64,000 nt of DNA from a virus, in IMG/VR virus record IMGVR_UViG_3300010885_023630, positions 1-64,000 of that record; one strand, 5' to 3'. Every line of letters begins with the position of its first letter. Position 1 is the stretch's first letter. The position numbers were made by a program, and so were the translations under genes. Positions 38,934-48,309 of this stretch are shown one piece after another. The notes below the pieces were generated by a model. It did no database searches. It was not told the DNA's origin and saw only the letters and a list, made by a program, of their open reading frames with translations.

Positions 38934-39953
38934 ATGACAAATCTATTCAAAAAAGCCGCTATCTTTACGGATATTCACTTTGGACTCAAATCAAACAGCA
39001 CACTACATAACGAAGATTGTTTAAATTTTGTTAAGTGGGCAACTGCTAAAGCCAAGGAGGAAGGTTGCGAAACTTGCCTCTTTCTTGGAGATTGGCACAA
39101 CAATAGAGCCAGCATCAACATTCTTACACTAGGCTACAGCCTACGTGCGCTGGAGCATATGAATGACAACTTTGACAATGTGTACTTTATTCCTGGTAAC
39201 CATGATCTTTATTATAGGGATAAGAGAGATGTCCAAAGTGTTGAATGGGCAAAACATTTACCTAACATCCATATTGTTAATGATTGGTTTGACAGTGGTA
39301 ACGTTACTATTGCCCCTTGGCTTGTGGCCGACGATCACAAGCGTCTTAAACGACTCAAAGGTAAATATATGTTTGGGCACTTCGAATTGCCTGGCTACTT
39401 AATGAATGCCATGGTTGCCATGCCCGATCACGGTGAAGTAGATCCTAAAAACGATTTAGCAGGTTTTGAGCACGTATTCTCAGGGCATTTCCACAAGCGT
39501 CAAACTAAAGGCAATATCACTTATGTAGGTAATTGCTTCCCGCACAACTATGCGGACGCCGGCGATGATGACCGTGGACTAATGATATTGGAGTGGGACA
39601 AAGAACCCGAGTATCATGCGTGGCCCGATCAACCTATATATCGTGTGTTCCAACTAAGCGATGTACTTAAACATACCGAAGTAATGCTTAAACCAAACAT
39701 GCACGTTCGTGTTAACTTAGACATTGATATCAGTTACGAAGAAGCCACCTTTATCAAAGAAACATTTATTGATACTTATAAGTTACGTGAAATTACCTTA
39801 ATACCGGCCAAGACAACAGATCTAACTGACTACGAAATTCAAGGTAACATAGAATTTGAAAGTGTCGACCAAATTGTGTTTAGTCAATTAAGCACAATCG
39901 ATAGTAATCAATACAACCCAAACCTACTGTTGGATATCTATAGAAATTTATAA
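38934..39953 (+). CDS. gp47: Recombination endonuclease subunit (Mre11/SbcD-like)
   Basis: Metallophosphoesterase motifs TDIHFG, GDW, GNHD, GHF and SGHFH. Confidence 0.9.
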   Translation: MTNLFKKAAIFTDIHFGLKSNSTLHNEDCLNFVKWATAKAKEEGCETCLFLGDWHNNRASINILTLGYSLRALEHMNDNFDNVYFIPGNHDLYYRDKRDVQSVEWAKHLPNIHIVNDWFDSGNVTIAPWLVADDHKRLKRLKGKYMFGHFELPGYLMNAMVAMPDHGEVDPKNDLAGFEHVFSGHFHKRQTKGNITYVGNCFPHNYADAGDDDRGLMILEWDKEPEYHAWPDQPIYRVFQLSDVLKHTEVMLKPNMHVRVNLDIDISYEEATFIKETFIDTYKLREITLIPAKTTDLTDYEIQGNIEFESVDQIVFSQLSTIDSNQYNPNLLLDIYRNL

Positions 39954-41462
39954 ATGAATACCATTACCCGAGACTGTATTAACAGAGATATAAAGTTATT
40001 CCAGTTTAAAGAAGCCGAATTAGATCGTACATACAATTACGAAGAATTCTGTTGGCTCATTGACCGCTGGAAAATACTGCTAGTTGACAAATATAAAGCC
40101 GAGCGTGGGCAAACTTGTTTAATTGATTATACGTTTATTAGCCCCATGTACTTTGCCGCTATCTTTGCTGCAAGCGAACTAGGATTAATCTTAATTGTTG
40201 ATTTGCCGCATTGTTATAATGATCAAGATGTGTTAAGTTACAAAGTAAACATGCATGGTAAAATTGATTATATTATTACTCACGAAGTAAAATACAATCC
40301 TGATCATGTGTTTTATTTTGAATATGATCTTAAGCGTAATGCCCATATAGGGAAGAATGTAATATTTCAGCGGGAGTTACACGAGCACGTTTCCAGTAAT
40401 CCCGATTTAATCAACACCGTCAGCAAACTTATATGGTGTAGGCCCGAAGATACATTAGTCTATGCCTGTAGCAGTGGCACAACCGGTTTGCCTAAACGCA
40501 TACAAGATAATCACGAAAAAATCTATTTGATGGCAAAGCGTCTTGAAACAAACATGGGCTTTGAATCAACGGACAAGATTTTACATACTCGCAACATACA
40601 CCACGGAGCAAGTATGGTTTATCATTTCTTGCCTAGCTTTATGTGCGGTGGATCGCAATACACTCCAGGATTCACAGTAGACGATTTATCTGAAGCGGGA
40701 ATTAAACGAATAATTAAATTTGTTAAAGACTATCAAATTGATCATGTGTTTTTATATCGTCCAGAGTTTTTATATAACTTTTTAAACTACTGCGAAGCAT
40801 TGCCGTTTCCTTTTAAAATACAGACCTTATTCCAATTTGGAGAAGATGTATTAAAAATGGCACACGAAAAAAATGCTCGTTGGATTAGCGTTAGCTTTGG
40901 CGATACACACATTGGGCTAGGTTTGTTTACTAAAATTGTCGACACACGCCAATTGCCCAAGGATTACGTTCCTAATAACTTTGGACCAGCTAGAGATGAT
41001 TTTTACGAATACGAATTACGCGATCATAAACTCTATGTCAGAATACCTAGCATAGGTCAAGATTGGAAAACCAGTAACGATAAGTTTGATCTAGTCAATG
41101 GAGAATACATTTTCGAAGGACGTGCGGACCAATATCGTATTGGCGAGGAGTGGATAGACTTTGATGCGATGGATCGGGCAGTTAAAGAGATTTTTAAGGG
41201 AGCGGCTAGTTTTAGTCTGGACTTTGAAATGCAAAAGCTGTATTTGGCTGTATGGAAAGATAACCCTACAGCAGAAAAAGAGTTTGACGAATACTTAAAA
41301 ACAAACTACGAAGCCGTACGTGTTGCGTATGTACTAAGAGATCAAAACGTTAAAGAGTTTTTTAACGGAAGAAAAATTGATTTATCAAAAATTAGAGACT
41401 ACGGCCGAGCAGGACTAGGCATTCGATTAGAAGACACATTTTTAAAAGGAAATTTAAGGTGA
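39954..41462 (+). CDS. Adenylate-forming (ANL superfamily, AMP-binding) enzyme
   Basis: P-loop SSGTTGLPK, HHGAS, FGDT, WKTSND, GRAD and terminal RKID correspond to ANL core motifs A3, A4, A5, A7, A8 and A10. Confidence 0.75.
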   Translation: MNTITRDCINRDIKLFQFKEAELDRTYNYEEFCWLIDRWKILLVDKYKAERGQTCLIDYTFISPMYFAAIFAASELGLILIVDLPHCYNDQDVLSYKVNMHGKIDYIITHEVKYNPDHVFYFEYDLKRNAHIGKNVIFQRELHEHVSSNPDLINTVSKLIWCRPEDTLVYACSSGTTGLPKRIQDNHEKIYLMAKRLETNMGFESTDKILHTRNIHHGASMVYHFLPSFMCGGSQYTPGFTVDDLSEAGIKRIIKFVKDYQIDHVFLYRPEFLYNFLNYCEALPFPFKIQTLFQFGEDVLKMAHEKNARWISVSFGDTHIGLGLFTKIVDTRQLPKDYVPNNFGPARDDFYEYELRDHKLYVRIPSIGQDWKTSNDKFDLVNGEYIFEGRADQYRIGEEWIDFDAMDRAVKEIFKGAASFSLDFEMQKLYLAVWKDNPTAEKEFDEYLKTNYEAVRVAYVLRDQNVKEFFNGRKIDLSKIRDYGRAGLGIRLEDTFLKGNLR

Positions 41463-42403
41463 AAAAAGTATTAACTATATTATTAATGAGCCTGGCTACA
41501 CTAGCTGGCGCACAGACAACATTCCCTAACAAGCCAGTTAGATTTATTTTGTCGTTACCGGCCGGTTCCGGCCCCGACGTTGTGTCCAGAAAAGTAGCAG
41601 AGGTCTTATCGGAAAAATGGGGGAAGCCTGTTATTGTTGAAAACAAGCCTGGAGGCGGAGGTAGCATTGCTATCAATTATCTTGACAATGAACCCGGCGA
41701 CGGATATAATATTGGATTTTTTGACGCAGGTGCTATTGTGTCGTATCCTGTGTTGTATAACAAGCCAGAATTAATTGCCACCATTGAACCAATTCGTCCG
41801 TTATTTACAGCACACATGGCATTGATTACTTCCACAGACATTAAGAACTTTAACGAACTTAAACAATTAATGGCCAGTAATACTAATTACGGATCATGGG
41901 CAGTCGGGTCATCTGGGCACTTATCTGGTGCCGAGTTTGGCGCTCAAATTCGCACAGGTATGGATCATGTTGCTTATAAAGAGTACCCAGCGTGGTATAT
42001 TGATATTTCTAATAAGCAAATTGCGTACGGGTTTGGTAGTATCGGGTCGTCACGTGCTATGCGTGAGGCAGGACGTATTCACTACTTAGGTATTTCAGCT
42101 AGTAAGCGTGATCCAAACTGGCCCAACGTGCCCACTATTAAAGAACTAACAGGTGTAGAATTAAAGACTCCCCCAAGTTGGTTAGCATTTTATATTCGCA
42201 AGTCCGTGGACAAAAACATTAAAGTACAAATAGAAAAAGACATGCGAGAAGCCGCGCAAGATCCTCGCGTTAAAGAAGCTATTGCTAAATTAGATTATGT
42301 TGATTACGGTTCTATGTCGTTGCCAGAGTTTAATCGGTTGGTAGCACAAGATATTGTTAATTATGGAAATGTTGCTAGAAAGTTTAACATTAATGTACAA
42401 TAA
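41459..42403 (+). CDS. Bug/TctC-family periplasmic solute-binding protein (tripartite tricarboxylate transporter receptor)
   Basis: Signal peptide MKKVLTILLMSLATLAGA; FPNKPVRFILSLPAGSGPDVVSR..WGKPVIVENKPGGGG; HVAYK; PNVPTIKE. Confidence 0.9.
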   Translation: MKKVLTILLMSLATLAGAQTTFPNKPVRFILSLPAGSGPDVVSRKVAEVLSEKWGKPVIVENKPGGGGSIAINYLDNEPGDGYNIGFFDAGAIVSYPVLYNKPELIATIEPIRPLFTAHMALITSTDIKNFNELKQLMASNTNYGSWAVGSSGHLSGAEFGAQIRTGMDHVAYKEYPAWYIDISNKQIAYGFGSIGSSRAMREAGRIHYLGISASKRDPNWPNVPTIKELTGVELKTPPSWLAFYIRKSVDKNIKVQIEKDMREAAQDPRVKEAIAKLDYVDYGSMSLPEFNRLVAQDIVNYGNVARKFNINVQ

Positions 42404-43865
42404 TAAAATCGTAACAAGACATTGCGTCAATCCAGACATAATCATACATCGTCATAATATCGACGGTACTCCTACACGCTCATGGAATTACCAAGAGTTT
42501 AGTGATATGGTTAATTTCTGGAAAGTAATGCTAGTAGAAAAATATGATCCTAAGCCCGGGCAAAAGGCGTTTGTGTATGGTACTCCAGGTATACACTATT
42601 ATACAGCACTATTTGCCGCAATAGAACTAGGACTTGTTATGATTATCGACTGGCCGCATTGTCGTAGCGAGGAAGACTTTAAGAGTTATAAAGTTAATAT
42701 GTTCGGTAAGTTGGATTTTGTTATTACTGAGCGTATAGATTTTTTACGACCCGAGAGTCCAGAGTATCAGCCATGGGAACATGCTCGCAATACACAATTA
42801 TCGAATACTCAAGTATATTTTGATGAGTTAGACACGTATACTATACAAGATAATTCCAGGTACGAAGAAATTTCTAATCGTATTGTTCCTAAACCCGACG
42901 ATATAATGCTTGAGTATTGTAGTAGCGGCACAACCGGTACTCCTAAAAAATTATACGAAACTCATAAAAAGATATATCGTATGGCTGAACGTTTAGGGAA
43001 ATACTTTGGATACAAGGCTGACGATAAATGCTTACACACTAACAACATACACCACGGTGCTAGTTTGTGTTACTACTGGTTACCTACATTTATGATTTGC
43101 CGCGAGCATTATAGTCAGGATCCTAGAGTATTGCTTTCATTGGACTGGATTAGAAAAGAAAAAATTAATCAAATGTTTTTATATCATCCGTCAATGTTGC
43201 TATCTTGGTTAGTAGGAACTAAACCAGTTGATCATGAAGTTAATATTGTTACACTATATCAGATTACCAAAGAAGTTGCTGGCTTAATGAAAGAAAAAAA
43301 TATTACTAGTGTACAAACTAGCTTTGGTGACACTAGTATTGGGTTAGGATTCTTTATTAAGAAAGTTACACAGGAAACTGATTTAGCATCGTATAATGTT
43401 ACTAATATGGGCCCACAGCTAGATGATAATTTTTTCCTACTAGAAGTCAGAGACGGTCTGTTGTATATTTCGTGTCCCGAAATGGGCGAAGGTTGGCGCA
43501 CTAGCGACGATGTGTTTGATTTAATCGATGGTGACTTTTATTTTAAAGGTCGCGCAAATTTATACAGAATCAATGACGAATGGATTTCATTGAATCAACT
43601 AATAGATAAAGTAAATCAGTTATTTGGGGAAAACAAAGCGGCAGTTGTAGTTGATGCTGACGCACAAAAATTATATTTAGGTGTGTGGGAAGAAAATCCC
43701 GAAGCCGAACAAAAGTTTAACGAGTACTTAGAATCGACGTGGCAATTACTTAGACTGTCTTATGTATTACGCGGTTACACCTACGATGACTTTTACAATA
43801 GTCGAAAAATTGATAACTCCAAAATTCGAGATTATTGTCGTACTCGATTAGGTTTATCTTCTTAA
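42393..43865 (+). CDS. Adenylate-forming (ANL superfamily) enzyme, paralog of 39954..41462
   Basis: SSGTTGTPK, NIHHGAS, SFGDT, WRTSDD, FKGRA and SRKID; start MYNNK at 42393. Confidence 0.75.
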   Translation: MYNNKIVTRHCVNPDIIIHRHNIDGTPTRSWNYQEFSDMVNFWKVMLVEKYDPKPGQKAFVYGTPGIHYYTALFAAIELGLVMIIDWPHCRSEEDFKSYKVNMFGKLDFVITERIDFLRPESPEYQPWEHARNTQLSNTQVYFDELDTYTIQDNSRYEEISNRIVPKPDDIMLEYCSSGTTGTPKKLYETHKKIYRMAERLGKYFGYKADDKCLHTNNIHHGASLCYYWLPTFMICREHYSQDPRVLLSLDWIRKEKINQMFLYHPSMLLSWLVGTKPVDHEVNIVTLYQITKEVAGLMKEKNITSVQTSFGDTSIGLGFFIKKVTQETDLASYNVTNMGPQLDDNFFLLEVRDGLLYISCPEMGEGWRTSDDVFDLIDGDFYFKGRANLYRINDEWISLNQLIDKVNQLFGENKAAVVVDADAQKLYLGVWEENPEAEQKFNEYLESTWQLLRLSYVLRGYTYDDFYNSRKIDNSKIRDYCRTRLGLSS

Positions 43866-43872
43866 CTTATTA

Positions 43873-43881
43873 TGTTATACT
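43873..43881 (+). promoter_or_regulatory. Extended -10 promoter TGnTATACT upstream of gp46
   Basis: TGTTATACT ends 6 nt before the ATG at 43888; no Shine-Dalgarno seen. Confidence 0.55.
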
Positions 43882-43887
43882 AACTCA

Positions 43888-45657
43888 ATGTTTAAAATAA
43901 AAACTCTAACGGTTAAAAACTTTATGAGTGTAGGCAATACTACACAAGCGGTTGATTTTGATCGACGTGACTTAACACTGGTTTTGGGCGAAAATTTAGA
44001 CTTAGGAGGAGACGACTCCGGCGCACGAAACGGTACAGGTAAAACAACTATTATCAACGCATTGAGCTATGCCCTGTACGGTAACGCCCTTACTAATATT
44101 AAAAAAGACAATTTGATCAATAAGACCAATACCAAAGGCATGATGGTTACTATTGATTTTGAAAAAGAAGGAGAATTATATCGTATTGAGCGTGGGCGTA
44201 AACCTAACATAATGAAATTTTGGGTCGGTGATAACGAAAAAGAAATCACTGATGACGCACAAGGTGACAGCAGAGAAACACAAGCAGACATTGAACGTAT
44301 GCTAGGCATGAGCCACGACATGTTCAAACATATTGTAGCTCTTAACACCTACACTGAACCTTTTCTTGCCCTTAAAGCAAACGATCAGCGTACCATCATT
44401 GAACAATTATTGGGCATTACACTACTAAGCGAAAAAGCCGATCGTCTTAAAGAACAAAACAAAGCAACTAAAGATGCTATTACACAAGAAGAGTTTCGTA
44501 TTAAAGCTGTTGGTGATGCCAACAAGCGTATTGAAGAACAAATCGAAGCACTTAAACGTAGACAAACAATGTGGATCAATAAACATGCTGAAGATACAGG
44601 GAAATTACAAACCGCTCTCAGTGAGCTACTCAAAATTGATATTGATGCGGAAATTGCGGCACACAAGGCTCTTGCTGAATATAAGTCAAAGAAGAAAGAT
44701 ATCACTGATTTATCATCCTATATTTCACGATGCGAACAGGACGAAGTACGTGAAAATCGGCTTATTGAAAAGCTCAGGAAAGACATTGCGGCACTCAAAG
44801 ACCATAAGTGTCACTCCTGCGGGCAAGATCTCCACGACGAAAAACACGAGTCTAATTTAACCAGCAAGAAAAAAGAGCTACAAGAAGCTGCATTACAAGC
44901 ACTATCTACAAACACGCAGTGGATGGAACTCACAGATGCGCTTAAAGAGCTAGGCGAGCTAGGCGTTAAACCAGAAACGTTTTACGACAAAGAAGAAGAT
45001 GCTATCCATCATCGTAGTACGTTAGCTAACTTACAGCAACAAATTGAAACCAAGTCCACAGAACAAGATCCGTACCAAGAACAAATTCAAGAAATGTCAG
45101 AACAGGCACTAGAGGAAATTAGCTTTGACCTTATTAATGAACTTACAAATGTCAAGGATCATCAAGAGTTCTTGTTAAAACTATTAACAAACAAGGATAG
45201 TTTTATCCGCAAACGAATTATTGATCAGAATTTAAGTTATTTAAATGCCCGCTTGGGACAATACCTGGACCGTATTGGCTTACCACACACAGTTAAGTTT
45301 AACAACGACTTGACTGTAGCCATTACAGAATTAGGTAGAGATCTAGACTTCGACAACTTGAGTCGTGGAGAACGTAACCGCTTGATTTTATCCTTGAGTT
45401 GGGCGTTCCGCGATGTTTGGGAAAGCCTATATCAACCCATTAACTTGTTGTTCATTGACGAGTTAGTAGACAGCGGTATGGATAGTTCCGGAGTTGAAAA
45501 CTCTTTAGCTATCCTAAAAAAGATGAGTCGTGAAGCTAACAAGTCAATTTGGTTAGTGTCACACAAGGATGAGCTAGCGGGTCGTGTCAACAATACACTA
45601 CACGTAGTTAAAGAAAATGGATTTACAAGTTACAACACCGACGTCGACATTGCTTAA
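43888..45657 (+). CDS. gp46: Recombination ATPase subunit (Rad50/SbcC-like)
   Basis: KNFMSVG, Walker A NGTGKTT, zinc hook CHSC, signature LSRGE, Walker B LLFIDE and SH motif. Confidence 0.92.
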   Translation: MFKIKTLTVKNFMSVGNTTQAVDFDRRDLTLVLGENLDLGGDDSGARNGTGKTTIINALSYALYGNALTNIKKDNLINKTNTKGMMVTIDFEKEGELYRIERGRKPNIMKFWVGDNEKEITDDAQGDSRETQADIERMLGMSHDMFKHIVALNTYTEPFLALKANDQRTIIEQLLGITLLSEKADRLKEQNKATKDAITQEEFRIKAVGDANKRIEEQIEALKRRQTMWINKHAEDTGKLQTALSELLKIDIDAEIAAHKALAEYKSKKKDITDLSSYISRCEQDEVRENRLIEKLRKDIAALKDHKCHSCGQDLHDEKHESNLTSKKKELQEAALQALSTNTQWMELTDALKELGELGVKPETFYDKEEDAIHHRSTLANLQQQIETKSTEQDPYQEQIQEMSEQALEEISFDLINELTNVKDHQEFLLKLLTNKDSFIRKRIIDQNLSYLNARLGQYLDRIGLPHTVKFNNDLTVAITELGRDLDFDNLSRGERNRLILSLSWAFRDVWESLYQPINLLFIDELVDSGMDSSGVENSLAILKKMSREANKSIWLVSHKDELAGRVNNTLHVVKENGFTSYNTDVDIA

Positions 45658-46609
45658 TTATCGACGCATTCATATTGAGTTGAGCAGTAAGTGTACATTA
45701 AAGTGTCCGCGCTGTCCGCGAACGGAGTTACAGCCCGAACAACTTAACAGAGAAATTAGTTTGTTTGAGTTTCAACGTGCGTTTAGTTCTGACATACTTA
45801 AAGACATACAGGAAATAACATTCTGTGGTGATGTAGGAGATCCTATATATGCTCGAGACTTTTTACGTATTGTAGAATATATCAAGAAGTCGCGTTTTAA
45901 TATCAGTTTGATTATTGTTACTAACGGTAGTTACAAATCTGAGCTGTGGTGGCAAGAGTTGGGTATGTACCTGCGTTACAATGATAAAGTTACGTTTAGT
46001 GTGGATGGGTGGGATCAAGTCAGCAACGAACAATATCGTGTCAATTCGGACTTTGATAGTATAGTTGCTGGCGCTCGTGCGTTGAGAAAAGTAACTCGAG
46101 CGCAGATGAATTGGTCTGCTATCTATTTTAAATTTAACGAAAGTAAAATGCACTGGATACAGGACCTCGCACGTGATTTGGGGTTCGATACCTTTGAGTC
46201 TGTGCTAAGTTCAAAAGTTGATGGTAGATATTTAATCAACGGAGTAGATCCACTAAAGCCATCCAATGGCTACGTTGCTGGTACTAGCCGGTACGAAGTT
46301 AAAACAGAAAAACTTAATGGCAAGGTACCTATTGTATTTTACGACAAGGTAGATCGTCATCCCTGGGCCAAATGTATGAACTGGGAAAAGGAAATGTTTA
46401 TTAATGTAGACGGATTGGTATTTCCTTGTCCCTGGTTTAATAGTGGCTACTTAGAAAACGATTTTGTAGATAAGCATAGAGATAAAATTAATATTAAAAC
46501 TAGAACACTAAAAGAAATCTTAGCAGATCCTCTGTGGGAAGAACTACACACACGATTTGCTGTGGGCCCATTAGAGATTTGTCGATTAAAATGCGAGAGC
46601 TGTCAATGA
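45617..46609 (+). CDS. Radical SAM protein with C-terminal SPASM/Twitch domain
   Basis: CTLKCPRC, FCGDVGDP, TNG, SVDG; C-terminal KC..GLVFPCPW..ICRLKC. True start may be TTG at 45650. Confidence 0.85.
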   Translation: MDLQVTTPTSTLLNYRRIHIELSSKCTLKCPRCPRTELQPEQLNREISLFEFQRAFSSDILKDIQEITFCGDVGDPIYARDFLRIVEYIKKSRFNISLIIVTNGSYKSELWWQELGMYLRYNDKVTFSVDGWDQVSNEQYRVNSDFDSIVAGARALRKVTRAQMNWSAIYFKFNESKMHWIQDLARDLGFDTFESVLSSKVDGRYLINGVDPLKPSNGYVAGTSRYEVKTEKLNGKVPIVFYDKVDRHPWAKCMNWEKEMFINVDGLVFPCPWFNSGYLENDFVDKHRDKINIKTRTLKEILADPLWEELHTRFAVGPLEICRLKCESCQ

Positions 46610-47865
46610 GTAATGTATTTTGTAATATTCCTTGGGTAGAAGTCCATATCAATGCAGATGGGACTTACCATACCTGCGGCGCACAAACCAATCGTATCAG
46701 TGGCACAGAAGAAGCTAAACTGTACAATGTACACAACATGACTATTCCTGCGTGGATCAACAGCGAGCATCAGCGCAGGGCTAGGATTAATAAACTTAAT
46801 AACATACCTGAGTCTGCTTGTGCTATGTGTTATCACGAAGAAAGTTTAGGTAGTAGTAGTAAGCGAGTTAAAGAAAATTTAAAAAGCGGCATTACTGAAA
46901 ACAATTTTGAACTTACATTTATACACAGTAAAGACTATCCCTTGTTTGATTATTCGGCACGTAACAAAGGCTTAACTGATTTTGATCGTCCTACCAGCTA
47001 TCATTTAAGTTTAGGTAACGAATGTAATTTGGCCTGTAAAATGTGTGGGCCTACTGCTAGTAGTCGACTGGCTGTACAAATGATCAAAGAAGGTACATAT
47101 TCTGGCCCGGCACGTATGAACTGGACCGAAGACGAAACAGCGTGGAATCACGTAGTAGACTACATTTGCACTACCGAAAACCTAAAGTTTGTACACCTAA
47201 TAGGCGGGGAACCATTGATGAATCCTCGCTTCGAACAGTTGATAGATAGGCTTTTAGCAGCCAAAAAGACAGATATTTACTTAGGGTTTACTACCAACGG
47301 CACTATGTTTAACCACAATTTAATGACTAAATTATCGGCATTTAGGCACGTAGATGTAGGAGTTAGCATAGAGTGTTGGGGCGAATTAAACGACCTAGTA
47401 AGGCAAGGTTCTACTACACAAACCGTGCTAGATAACATAGATCAGTACTTGAAATACCGTCGACAGGCACACATTTACGTTACGCTACGGGCAGTACCTA
47501 GCGCACTTACAGTACACACGCTAGACGAATTGTATAAGTGGTGTATTACTCGCGAGCTAGATGTGGTAACTAATATATTGGTAGAACCCGAATATCAACA
47601 GATATCGCAACTACCAAAAGAAATTAAAGAACGGTTAATAGCACGTTATGAGCTATGGCAACATAGCGAGCCAGCACCTGCTGACAGTAATCCTAGAGAC
47701 CCAACTTGGTTTAAACAACATATCGATAACGAAATTATGGCAATCATCATGGCACTCAAACAAGAACCCGAACACAATTTAACTGATGAACTTTACGATA
47801 AACTTGAACTTTGGGGTTGGTTTGACCACCCAGAGGTGAAAAAATATTTCTTCATATGCGATTAA
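46606..47865 (+). CDS. Radical SAM protein (Twitch/SPASM-like N-terminus)
   Basis: FCNIPW..TC..CAMC, then CNLACKMC, GGEPL, TTNG; ATGA overlap at 46606. Confidence 0.85.
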   Translation: MSNVFCNIPWVEVHINADGTYHTCGAQTNRISGTEEAKLYNVHNMTIPAWINSEHQRRARINKLNNIPESACAMCYHEESLGSSSKRVKENLKSGITENNFELTFIHSKDYPLFDYSARNKGLTDFDRPTSYHLSLGNECNLACKMCGPTASSRLAVQMIKEGTYSGPARMNWTEDETAWNHVVDYICTTENLKFVHLIGGEPLMNPRFEQLIDRLLAAKKTDIYLGFTTNGTMFNHNLMTKLSAFRHVDVGVSIECWGELNDLVRQGSTTQTVLDNIDQYLKYRRQAHIYVTLRAVPSALTVHTLDELYKWCITRELDVVTNILVEPEYQQISQLPKEIKERLIARYELWQHSEPAPADSNPRDPTWFKQHIDNEIMAIIMALKQEPEHNLTDELYDKLELWGWFDHPEVKKYFFICD

Positions 47866-47879
47866 GATAACTAGTATGC

Positions 47880-48308
47880 ATGACTTGGCTTTACGAAACT
47901 TCCACTATAGAAACCTTACCAGAGGACTGTATCGGATTTGTTTATTTGATTACAAATAACATTTCTGGCAGGAAGTATATTGGAAAAAAATTAGCCAAGT
48001 TTAGTAAAACAACATACAAAGTAGTTAAATTAAAAAACGGCAAGAAGAAGCGTAAAAAAATCAAAGGCAAAATTGACTCTGATTGGCAAACCTATTACGG
48101 CTCAAATATTGAACTCAATCGAGACGTAACAGCATTAGGCGAGGAAAACTTTACAAGAGAAATATTATTCTACTGTAAAAGCAAAGCAGAATGTAGTTAC
48201 ATTGAAGCAAGAGAACAATTTTCACACAAAGTGTTAGAATCTGACGACTATTATAACGGACATATACAAGTCCGTGTACATGGCTCTCATATTAAAAACA
48301 AACTCTGA
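47880..48308 (+). CDS. Small GIY-YIG family endonuclease
   Basis: GFVYLITNNISGRKYIGKK (GIY-YIG), YYGS, FTREIL, EAREQ, YYNG; Lys-rich insertion KLKNGKKKRKKIKGK. Confidence 0.8.
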   Translation: MTWLYETSTIETLPEDCIGFVYLITNNISGRKYIGKKLAKFSKTTYKVVKLKNGKKKRKKIKGKIDSDWQTYYGSNIELNRDVTALGEENFTREILFYCKSKAECSYIEAREQFSHKVLESDDYYNGHIQVRVHGSHIKNKL

Positions 48309-48309
48309 C

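Noticed and set aside
39954-43865. Host chromosomal DNA or a prophage boundary at the Bug/ANL genes
   Set aside because: The genes abut or overlap each other and follow gp47 directly, look similarly AT-rich, and are flanked by core phage genes; no integrase or att site was seen.
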